DNA from: an uncultured Ignavibacteriales bacterium
GTDB lineage: Bacteria > Zixibacteria > MSB-5A5 > GN15 > JAAZOE01
Length of the DNA: 64,000 nucleotides
Assembly (NCBI GenBank): GCA_964611355.1
Contig: CAZSYD010000001.1
Coordinates: 2,745-66,744 of the forward strand
Direction: 5' to 3'
Within the stretch, counting starts at the first letter, position 1; every line of letters starts with the position of its first letter. The notes under the pieces were generated by a model that did not search any database, had not been told where the DNA came from, and saw nothing but the letters and a program-made list of their open reading frames with translations. This document shows, piece by piece, positions 43,806 to 51,367 of this stretch. Made by a program: the position numbers and the translations under genes.

Positions 43806-44876
43806 ATGATGAAAGAATTAGCCATAAAAAGCCCGGATCGCGAATTTTGCTCGGGGATCAGGGATGGCTTGACGCTTCTAAATCTTGCCCGGGGTTGGCT
43901 CAAACAGGGTAATCCGGTGGTAGCCGTCGAACTGCTGAAATCAGCCGTACGCTCTACTGAAGCCGAACGCGACAGGGAGTTGCTGGCGCAGATTCTCAAG
44001 TCGATCGGCCGCACCATGATGATGCAGTCGGAATGGGAAGGCGCCGACACTCATTATCTCGAAGCCCAGCGCCTGTTCCTTGATCTGGAAAACTACAAAG
44101 GCGCAGCGGAATGTATCCGCAACCGCTCCAATATGTATTTCCAGAAAGGGAAATATAAGGAATCGGAGGAGCTTTGTGGTCAGGCTCTGGAATGGGCGAC
44201 GCAGATAAATGATTATGAATTGCGCGCAACCATCTTGAACACGCTGGGCGCGATAAAATCGGCTACCGGCGACCTGAGAGAATCTATTAAGATATTTAAA
44301 CTATGCCTGGCCGACTTCCAAACAAGCGGCAATAAAATACGGCAGGGGTACGTTTTGCTCAATATCGGACTTACCCAAACGGAGTTGACCGAGTATGTCG
44401 AGGCCATAACAAGTCTGGAAAAGTCGCTCGCCATCGCCCTGGACGGCAAAGATTTAAATCTGGTGGAAATTTGTTACCAGAACATCTCCAAGTGTTACCT
44501 GGCGCAGAAAGAAACAAACCTGGCCAAGTCCGTGATCGACACTGCCCGCAAAATTCTGCCGGGGCTCAATTCCAAAGCCCTTGAAACGGAATTGAACCTG
44601 GTCGATTGCAGAATCCTGCGAATGACGGGCAATATCAAAGGCGCTGAGGACCTGATCGAAAAAACCTATCAAATGGCCATTGAAAATAAGTTGACGGCGC
44701 TGGAAGCGGATGTGCTCTTTGAGCAGGGGCTGCTGGAAAAGGACAAAGGCAACTTTGAGTTGGCTATAGCCAAACTTGATGCCGCCGTTAACCAGTATGG
44801 TTTGCTCGGCGTCGAGAAGAGTTTCAAGGAAGCTATCCGGACGCTCGAACAACTTAAAAGGAACCTTAATGGCTGA
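43806..44876 (+). CDS. TPR-repeat protein
   Basis: Repeated 34-aa-type A/Y/L patterns (e.g. AECIRNRSNMYFQKGKYKESEELCGQALEW). Confidence 0.75.
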   Translation: MMKELAIKSPDREFCSGIRDGLTLLNLARGWLKQGNPVVAVELLKSAVRSTEAERDRELLAQILKSIGRTMMMQSEWEGADTHYLEAQRLFLDLENYKGAAECIRNRSNMYFQKGKYKESEELCGQALEWATQINDYELRATILNTLGAIKSATGDLRESIKIFKLCLADFQTSGNKIRQGYVLLNIGLTQTELTEYVEAITSLEKSLAIALDGKDLNLVEICYQNISKCYLAQKETNLAKSVIDTARKILPGLNSKALETELNLVDCRILRMTGNIKGAEDLIEKTYQMAIENKLTALEADVLFEQGLLEKDKGNFELAIAKLDAAVNQYGLLGVEKSFKEAIRTLEQLKRNLNG

Positions 44877-46794
44877 TGGACTGACAGCGCTTGGGATGGG
44901 AAGCAGAGTCGACGGAGAACCGCCAGGTCCTTTGTCGATGGAGAACCCGGCCGCAGAACCGGACTGGAGCAATACCGTCGACAACCTGCTGAACCTGGCA
45001 AGGCAGGCCAATAAATCGTTTGATTACGACCGAGCCATCAATTACCTGTCGAATCTGGAAGGGATCTGGGATTCAAAGGGGCTACCGGAATTTTCTCTGG
45101 ATTTGCGCTTTGAGCTCCACCGGGAAAAGGGGAAGGCATACGCCGCCAAAGGCAAATATGAAGAAGCTATCGAGGAATACAAGAAAATCCTTGAGTTTTG
45201 CCATGATTCCCGCTACCTGTCGGCCAAGTCGGAGACTTTTACCCAAATCGGTCAGCTCCTGGCCAAACAGGGCGATTATGATCGCGCGCTTGGATACGTA
45301 CAGAGAGCTATCGGCGCCTACCGGCGTCTGAAAGACGACCAGGGTATTTGCAGAGCCCTCCGTAACCTGGGCGTGATCTACGTCGAGCTTGGTGAATTTG
45401 AGGAAGCCGAACTCAACTATCAGGAAGCGATCGAAATCGCTCAGAAGATCGGCGACCGGATACTGTATGCCGATTTGGTCAACAACCTCGGCGCCATTAT
45501 GAATATGAAAGGGTGCTGGAAGAGGGCGCTGGATCTGTATAACGAATCCCTACATATATACGAATCGGACAACCAAGTCCGGAAAAGCGCCTATACCAAG
45601 AATAACCTTGCCATAACTCTCGCGGAACAGGGCATAAACGACGAAGCCTTTGATCATTTCCAGCAGGCTTACAAGATTGCCACGAGTATCAAGGACGCCT
45701 CCCTGACGCTTATCGTCGATATTAATCTGGCTGACTTATTCCTCAAAAAGGGGGTCATGGTCAACGCGAAAATCCACTGCCGGAAAGCCGAACATTACTT
45801 GGAGCAGGCCGGGTTGATCAACAGCAACCTGGTCGAGGTAAAGAAAATCGCCGGTAAAATCGCTTTGCGCGAAAAAGATCAAAACACCGCCTTAAGGTAT
45901 TTTAATGAATCGCTGAAACTCAGCCGTCAGGCCGGAACGAGATTTCTGGAAGCCGAGGTGCTACTGGAAAGAGGAACCCTCCTGAAAATGATGCGCCGGA
46001 ATTTTGACGCGCTAAACGACTTGGAAGCGTCATTCCAGATATTCACAAGCCTGAAAGCCCAGGGTAAACGGGAACAGACCGAAAGGGTCATTAATTCAGT
46101 CGAGAGATTGTACCTGGATATCTTCAATTCAATGGCAAGAGAAGTCGATCAGAAGGATAAATATACCAAGGGTCATTCCGACCGAGTGGCTTCGCTGGCG
46201 CTGCTTCTTGGCAGGCAACTGGGTCTGCGCACCGATGAACTTAAAACCATCGTCGCCGCGGCGCTTCTGCATGATATCGGCAAGATCAAAATTGACGATA
46301 ATATTCTCAAGAAGGCCGATAAGCTAACCGACGAAGAGTATTTCCGCATAAAGAAACACCCGGAACTGGGGATCGAACTGCTGCGCGGCAAGGACCTCCT
46401 CTGGGATATAAAGCCATTGATCCTCCATCATCACGAAAAACTGAACGGTACAGGCTATCCCCTCGGCCTTAAAGGAGAAGATATTCCCCTGGGAGCAAGG
46501 CTTATCTGCATCTCTGATGTTTTTGACGCTCTGACTTCGGACAGGGTTTACCGTTCCGCTTACAACCCCGGTGAGGCTCTTGATATTATGCGGAAAGAGT
46601 CGGGGACCACTTTCGACCCGTTTCTGTTGAAGTGTTTTATTGAAATGATTAGATCCGGAAAAGGCGACCCGGTTATCAATGCCCGAACCAGCGAGGATGA
46701 GCTATACGGCATCTGGTCACAGTGCATGGTAGATAACAAGGAAGAGTTAAAGAACGACAGTGCACCGGTAAGCGAGCAGCGCTCGTCAGGCTGA
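44869..46794 (+). CDS. TPR-repeat protein with C-terminal HD-GYP domain (putative c-di-GMP phosphodiesterase)
   Basis: HDIGKIKI and HHHEKLNGTGYP motifs, preceded by multiple TPRs. The start is set at ATG 44869, overlapping the upstream stop (ATGGCTGA), rather than the track start 44776. Confidence 0.82.
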   Translation: MADGLTALGMGSRVDGEPPGPLSMENPAAEPDWSNTVDNLLNLARQANKSFDYDRAINYLSNLEGIWDSKGLPEFSLDLRFELHREKGKAYAAKGKYEEAIEEYKKILEFCHDSRYLSAKSETFTQIGQLLAKQGDYDRALGYVQRAIGAYRRLKDDQGICRALRNLGVIYVELGEFEEAELNYQEAIEIAQKIGDRILYADLVNNLGAIMNMKGCWKRALDLYNESLHIYESDNQVRKSAYTKNNLAITLAEQGINDEAFDHFQQAYKIATSIKDASLTLIVDINLADLFLKKGVMVNAKIHCRKAEHYLEQAGLINSNLVEVKKIAGKIALREKDQNTALRYFNESLKLSRQAGTRFLEAEVLLERGTLLKMMRRNFDALNDLEASFQIFTSLKAQGKREQTERVINSVERLYLDIFNSMAREVDQKDKYTKGHSDRVASLALLLGRQLGLRTDELKTIVAAALLHDIGKIKIDDNILKKADKLTDEEYFRIKKHPELGIELLRGKDLLWDIKPLILHHHEKLNGTGYPLGLKGEDIPLGARLICISDVFDALTSDRVYRSAYNPGEALDIMRKESGTTFDPFLLKCFIEMIRSGKGDPVINARTSEDELYGIWSQCMVDNKEELKNDSAPVSEQRSSG

Positions 46795-46894
46795 AGGAAG
46801 GAACGTAAAAAGTATTTACAGCATAAAGGGAAAGTCGCAAACAGACAAATAACCTGATACCCCTTTCCTTTGGGCGAACTCCACCCCCGTGCAG

Positions 46895-46926
46895 AAAACC
46901 CCCTGACGGTAGCGTCAGGGGGTTTT
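46895..46926 (+). terminator. Rho-independent terminator after the HD-GYP gene
   Basis: A 14-bp perfect stem, aaaaccccctgacg and cgtcagggggtttt, around loop gtag. The A/T runs make it potentially bidirectional. Confidence 0.75.
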
Positions 46927-47183
46927 CATATCGTAGACAAACGATAAGAGAATCATATTATCTTCGAATAAAGCCGGTGGTACCGGAAGGTTCGAATGAT
47001 CGGTGGTCTATTGACTTTGCCCGGATCAGATTGTCAACCGCCGCCGGTTGAAATGCCCGATGGTAATAAATGATTTCACGCGAGAGTATCGGGTCATCAT
47101 GGTAGGCTATTCAATCACCTGTGAGAGGGTAGCTGCTATACCAGACCGGATTGTCCGTAGCAGAACATATTCACCAATTCATT

Positions 47184-47442
47184 TTAACAATCCCGGCCTG
47201 GATGACGACTACGCCAATCGTAATAAGCGCTCCGAGAGGTCCGAAGCGCCAGGCACATTTTCTCAACCCGGAAAGTGGAGTGGTAATCTTCGATAAAACG
47301 GTACCTCATCGGGGTTTTGTCGAGAAAATGGCCAAGGCCTTTTCTAATATGTCGCGCTTCTCCTTTTCTCTTCGGTTACCAGCCGCACCGGCTCGATCTT
47401 GAAAGTACGGTCATAGCTGCGACACTTCCCATTCTCAGTCAT
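47184..47442 (-). pseudogene. IS3-family transposase OrfA/OrfB fragments
   Basis: Hand translation gives three fragments. After a GGAGG SD, MTENGKCRSYDRTFKIEPVRLVTEEK matches an OrfA N-terminus. EKEKRDILEKALAIFSTKPR* matches an OrfA C-terminus and is in another frame. MRYRFIEDYHSTFRVEKMCLALRTSRSAYYDWRSR matches an OrfB N-terminus, is in the -1 frame, and stops at 47184. Confidence 0.65.
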
Positions 47443-47783
47443 CTGGACACCTCCTGATAGAATCATAATACTATCCTTTCGCCCTATCCGCTAAACAGGG
47501 GGAGGTTCAATGCGGGCTTGGCCGTCTTCAATGGCGTGACGTTGGTCCAATTCTATGCAGGTATCTTAACCGATTGGGCATCGATGTCGCTATTTATCTT
47601 CCTGCCGAAACCCAAGTGGCGGGCGATCTGCTTAAAAAAGAGTTTCTGTTGAGTTAGTCGATAAAATATTTCCAAATAGATCTGTTTTGTTTCCATAAGA
47701 ATTTTTTGTTGATTTACCTATTACTGTCGATAAAATAATGGGGTTAGTCTCTACCGCTTTTATATATTGGAACGGAGGTACCC

Positions 47784-48812
47784 TTGGGGTTTTTTGATTT
47801 GATCTCAAACGACATCGGCATAGATCTGGGAACGGCCAATACGCTGGTGTTTGTCCGGGGACAGGGGATTGTTCTCAACGAGCCGTCGGTGGTGGCCCTC
47901 GAACGGATTTCGAACAAGGTGGTGGCTATCGGTTCGGCCGCCAAGGAGATGCTGGGACGCACCCCCGGTGAGATTGTTGCTATCCGGCCGCTGCGCGACG
48001 GCGTCATTGCCGATTTTGAGATTACCGAAAAACTCCTGGGTGATTTTATCAAGCGGGTAGTGCGACATAAGTATTTGATGAAACCCCGCATTGTGATCTC
48101 GGTACCGTCCGGTATTACCGAGGTGGAAAAAAGAGCCGTGCGCGATTCGGCGGAGAATGCCGGCGCGCGTGAGGTGTATCTTATTCAGGAACCGATGGCG
48201 GCCGCTATCGGCGTCGGTCTGCCGGTCGATCAGCCCTCGGGCACGATGGTTATTGACATCGGCGGAGGCACTTCCGAAATCGCCGTGATTGCCCTCAACG
48301 GTATTGTCAGCGTTACCTCCATCCGGGTCGCCGGCGACGAGATGAACGAAGCGATTATTATGTATCTCCGCAAGAATTATAATCTCCTGATTGGCGAGCT
48401 TACGGCTGAAGAGTTGAAAATAAGTATCGGTTCGGCCTGCCAGTTGGAGCAGGAGCTTTCGACCGAGGTAAGAGGCCGTGACCTTGTGGCCGGCGTCCCG
48501 AAATGTATCAAGCTGTCATCGGTGCAGCTTCGGGAGGCGCTGGCGGAGCCGATTGAGGCGATTATAGAAGGGGTTCGGCGGTCGCTGGAGCAGACTCCGC
48601 CGGAGCTGGCTTCCGATATCCTTGAACGTGGAATTGTCCTGACCGGCGGGGGGGCTCTTCTTCGCGGACTGGATAGACGGTTGCGCGAGGAAACTAACCT
48701 GCCGGTCTATGCCGCCGACGATCCGCTCACCTGTGTCGTCCGTGGATCAGGCAAGGTGCTCGAAGATATGCAACTATTCGACAAGGTTCTTATCAAAGCC
48801 CGCCGGGATTGA
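47784..48812 (+). CDS. mreB: Rod shape-determining protein MreB
   Basis: [13 protein letters not shown] phosphate-1 motif and an actin-fold pattern throughout. TTG start after a ggagg SD. Confidence 0.93.
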   Translation: MGFFDLISNDIGIDLGTANTLVFVRGQGIVLNEPSVVALERISNKVVAIGSAAKEMLGRTPGEIVAIRPLRDGVIADFEITEKLLGDFIKRVVRHKYLMKPRIVISVPSGITEVEKRAVRDSAENAGAREVYLIQEPMAAAIGVGLPVDQPSGTMVIDIGGGTSEIAVIALNGIVSVTSIRVAGDEMNEAIIMYLRKNYNLLIGELTAEELKISIGSACQLEQELSTEVRGRDLVAGVPKCIKLSSVQLREALAEPIEAIIEGVRRSLEQTPPELASDILERGIVLTGGGALLRGLDRRLREETNLPVYAADDPLTCVVRGSGKVLEDMQLFDKVLIKARRD

Positions 48813-48840
48813 TTTTAATTGCATTAAAGCGTCGATATGG

Positions 48841-48873
48841 GCCGCTTCCGATATCGGGAGCGGCTCTTTTTTT
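48841..48873 (+). terminator. Rho-independent terminator after mreB
   Basis: Stem gccgcttcc and gggagcggc with one G-U pair, followed by a T-run (48867-48873). Confidence 0.75.
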
Positions 48874-49049
48874 AATCTGTACTTCCTGTTATTATACTTT
48901 GTAAAACTATCAGGACATTGAAAATCGTCCCGGTGAATTGAATAGTCAGAACCGATTTTGCTTGAGTTAATGGATTTTCGAATTATCTATATTCCATTGG
49001 TCTTTTTGCGGTTTCGGTTGTCAAACCGGTAGAATGTAGAAAATAACGG

Positions 49050-49583
49050 ATGATGCCTGACGAGCGGTTGTTGACAGAAAAAGCCATAGGCGGCGATAAG
49101 AAGGCGTTTACTGCGCTGGTCGGGCGTTATCAGAACAGGATTTTTGCCTTTATTATGAGAATGACAGCCAACAGAGAAACGGCTCTCGACCTGACCCAGG
49201 ATACTTTCCTGGCCGCTTATCAGAACCTCGCCGGTTTCAGAAAAGAGTCGCGATTCTCAACCTGGCTGTTTCAAATAGCCGCCAACAAGACAAGAAACTT
49301 CCTGAAGAAATCGAAAAAGGAAATGGCACTGCCGGACGATTATGACCGGGTATCCGAATCTTATCGGCCTGACGACGAATTGGAAAGAAAAGAGTATGAA
49401 CAGGCATTATTGGAAGCTGTCGCTTCGCTTCCGCTAAAGCAGAGAACGGTTTTCAACCTTCGTTTTTACGAGCAACTCAAATTCGACGAGATCGCCCGGA
49501 TTCAGGGAAGTTCCGTTTCGGCGGCAAAGACCAACTTTGCCGAAGCTCTGAAAAAGCTGAAAAAGAGGCTGGGTGGAAAATGA
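49050..49583 (+). CDS. ECF (group 4) RNA polymerase sigma factor
   Basis: Region 2 (RYQNRIFAFIMRMTANRETALDLTQDTFLAAY) and region 4 HTH (FDEIARIQGSSVSAAKTNFAEALKKLK). Confidence 0.88.
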   Translation: MMPDERLLTEKAIGGDKKAFTALVGRYQNRIFAFIMRMTANRETALDLTQDTFLAAYQNLAGFRKESRFSTWLFQIAANKTRNFLKKSKKEMALPDDYDRVSESYRPDDELERKEYEQALLEAVASLPLKQRTVFNLRFYEQLKFDEIARIQGSSVSAAKTNFAEALKKLKKRLGGK

Positions 49584-50158
49584 ACTGCCGCCGGGTAAAA
49601 GAGTGGCTGGACGGTGATATTACGTCGTCGGGAATCGAGCTTCCCGATGAAATAAGAAAGCATGTCGATTCCTGCAACGAGTGCCGGGCCTATTACCGGG
49701 AATTGCTCGAATTGAGAGAAAAGCTGGGCGGGCTAAATAATATCACGCTTACGGCAGACGAATCGAATCAGTTAATCCTGAAGATCGAAACGGCGATTGA
49801 CCATTCGGCGCAACCGGATTCAAAACGGTCACTTGCAAGGTGGACTAAAATAATCGCACGACCGGTGCTGGCCGTGGCGGCGCTGCTGATTATTACTATG
49901 TTCTCGACTCCGTATCTGCCGACCGATCTGACAGTTACTCAGGAGATAGAAGAGATTTTGCCGAGCCGGACCGGTCAGGAAAATTTTCTGCAACTTCTGC
50001 TAAATGGCGATATTGATTACCTGTCGTCGCTTCTGGATCAGTCTTCGATTTCATATATAACGGATCAGGTGAAACCGGGGCAGGTTGATGATATCCTGAA
50101 CGATATCTCCGCCGAGGAGATGGAATGGCTGACGGAAAATCTGAAAATGGAGATATAA
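49580..50158 (+). CDS. Anti-sigma factor (zf-HC2 type), single-pass membrane protein
   Basis: N-terminal CRRVKEWLDG...HVDSCNECRAY motif and one TM helix (VLAVAALLIITMF). Its start has an ATGA overlap with the sigma gene. Confidence 0.8.
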   Translation: MNCRRVKEWLDGDITSSGIELPDEIRKHVDSCNECRAYYRELLELREKLGGLNNITLTADESNQLILKIETAIDHSAQPDSKRSLARWTKIIARPVLAVAALLIITMFSTPYLPTDLTVTQEIEEILPSRTGQENFLQLLLNGDIDYLSSLLDQSSISYITDQVKPGQVDDILNDISAEEMEWLTENLKMEI

Positions 50159-50159
50159 G

Positions 50160-50696
50160 GTGAGAAAAACGTTTCGCATATTCGGGTTGTCTCTTACGCT
50201 CCTTGCTTTAGCCTCTTTGATCGCAGCACAACAAAACGTACAGCGTCTCCACGGTAAAGGCCCGCACGGCAGGGATAATTTGGGGGCTAATATCGAAGGT
50301 CTCCGTTTGCTGAAGCTGCTCGAAGTTCTTGATATGCCTGAAGAACAATCGGAAAAATTCATTCCGCTTTTCCATAGTTTTCGGAAAGACATTAAGGAGC
50401 TGCAACGAGAAAGAAAAACCGCTTTTGATACGCTGGTTTACTACCTGCATCAGCCGGATGCCGATGAGAAATTAACAGTGTGCTTTGCCGCAATTCGAGA
50501 AAATCTTGAGAAATTAGATGCTCGCACGCATAAGTTTTTCGATGATTGCAGTGGTATTTTAACGGCTTATCAACTTGGACGGCTGCTTTTGTTTCATGAA
50601 CGGTTTGAGCGGGAGGTCCTTGAATCTCTACGGGAGTTTCGTCGCTGTGGAACGTCGAGTCCGCCGTTTGAGGGAAATAATAAACCAAATAGATGA
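50160..50696 (+). CDS. Periplasmic Spy/CpxP-family (LTXXQ) protein
   Basis: Signal peptide, an LTAYQ motif, and helical E/R/K-rich repeats. GTG start 1 nt after the upstream stop. Confidence 0.65.
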   Translation: MRKTFRIFGLSLTLLALASLIAAQQNVQRLHGKGPHGRDNLGANIEGLRLLKLLEVLDMPEEQSEKFIPLFHSFRKDIKELQRERKTAFDTLVYYLHQPDADEKLTVCFAAIRENLEKLDARTHKFFDDCSGILTAYQLGRLLLFHERFEREVLESLREFRRCGTSSPPFEGNNKPNR

Positions 50697-50707
50697 AAGG
50701 AGTAACA

Positions 50708-51223
50708 ATGAAACGGTTTTTGTTTATCACCGCGATCCTGTCCCTTCTGGCCGCACCGGCGGCTGTGGTTGGTCAGGGGTATCATCATGGCCCGATGGGG
50801 CCCGGGGCGCCGGGTGGACCGGGGCATGGCAATCTGCTCGAATGCAAAAAAGATATCAATCTTTCCGAAGATCAAATGGAAAAGATTGAAGAAATCAATT
50901 TCAACCACCGCCAGATGATGATTGATCTTAAGGCTGAGCTGGAAAAAGCGAAACTGAAAAAACGGCGTGAAATGTACTCCGATGCACCGAATAAGACAAA
51001 GGTTTTGGTTCTTACAAAAGAGATCGTCAACATCCAGGGGAAAATGGCCGAAGCCAAAGTAGAACATCGATTTGCACTACGGCAGATACTAACAAAAGAG
51101 CAACTTGAAAAATGGAAGGAATGTCGGCAAAAGTGCAAAGCAGGCCAAGGACCCGGCCTGAATGGCGATCGGCCGGGACGTGATATCGGCGGATGGCAGG
51201 GAAAACGCCAGGGACGCATTTAA
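50708..51223 (+). CDS. Periplasmic Spy/CpxP-family (LTXXQ) protein with Gly/Pro-rich tail
   Basis: SD aaggag 5 nt before the ATG at 50708. Signal peptide (MKRFLFITAILSLLAAPAAVVG) and LSEDQ and LTKEQ motifs. The track start 50693 is in frame but lacks an SD. Confidence 0.65.
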   Translation: MKRFLFITAILSLLAAPAAVVGQGYHHGPMGPGAPGGPGHGNLLECKKDINLSEDQMEKIEEINFNHRQMMIDLKAELEKAKLKKRREMYSDAPNKTKVLVLTKEIVNIQGKMAEAKVEHRFALRQILTKEQLEKWKECRQKCKAGQGPGLNGDRPGRDIGGWQGKRQGRI

Positions 51224-51257
51224 ACCTTAAAATATTAAGAAGACATCTCGTAGATAA

Positions 51258-51285
51258 GGGTCGGCTGATACGCTGACCCTTTTTT
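51258..51285 (+). terminator. Rho-independent terminator after the ECF module
   Basis: An 8-bp stem gggtcggc and gctgaccc with one G-U pair, loop tgatac, then 6 T (51280-51285). Confidence 0.7.
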
Positions 51286-51367
51286 CTGCCAATCTGGCAG
51301 AAATACGCCGATTTTGCTTGACTTTACCCGAATCAACGGCGATTTTCTTAATTTAAGAGGTCAAAAT

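Larger units (their letters stand above)
46877..47509 (-). mobile_element. Decayed IS3-family insertion sequence (internally deleted)
   Basis: Contains the OrfA/OrfB fragments listed in the next feature. Further downstream are DNPVWYS and HFNRRRL pieces in shifted frames, resembling the OrfB C-terminus. The candidate left end TGAACCTCCCCCTG (47509-47496, minus strand) is imperfectly mirrored at about 46877-46893. The boundaries are tentative. Confidence 0.5.

Noticed and set aside
46985-47000. A GGTTCGAAT string resembling a tRNA T-loop.
   Set aside because: The flanking bases cannot form a T-stem (GAAGG against GATCG), and no acceptor or anticodon arms are present. The string falls inside the IS3 relic.
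47553-47696. A 47-aa minus-strand ORF (METKQIYLEIFYRLTQQKLFFKQIARHLGFGRKINSDIDAQSVKIPA) with a vaguely HTH-like middle, next to the IS relic.
   Set aside because: It is too short, has no SD, and has no motif I can name. It could be a gene fragment or noise.
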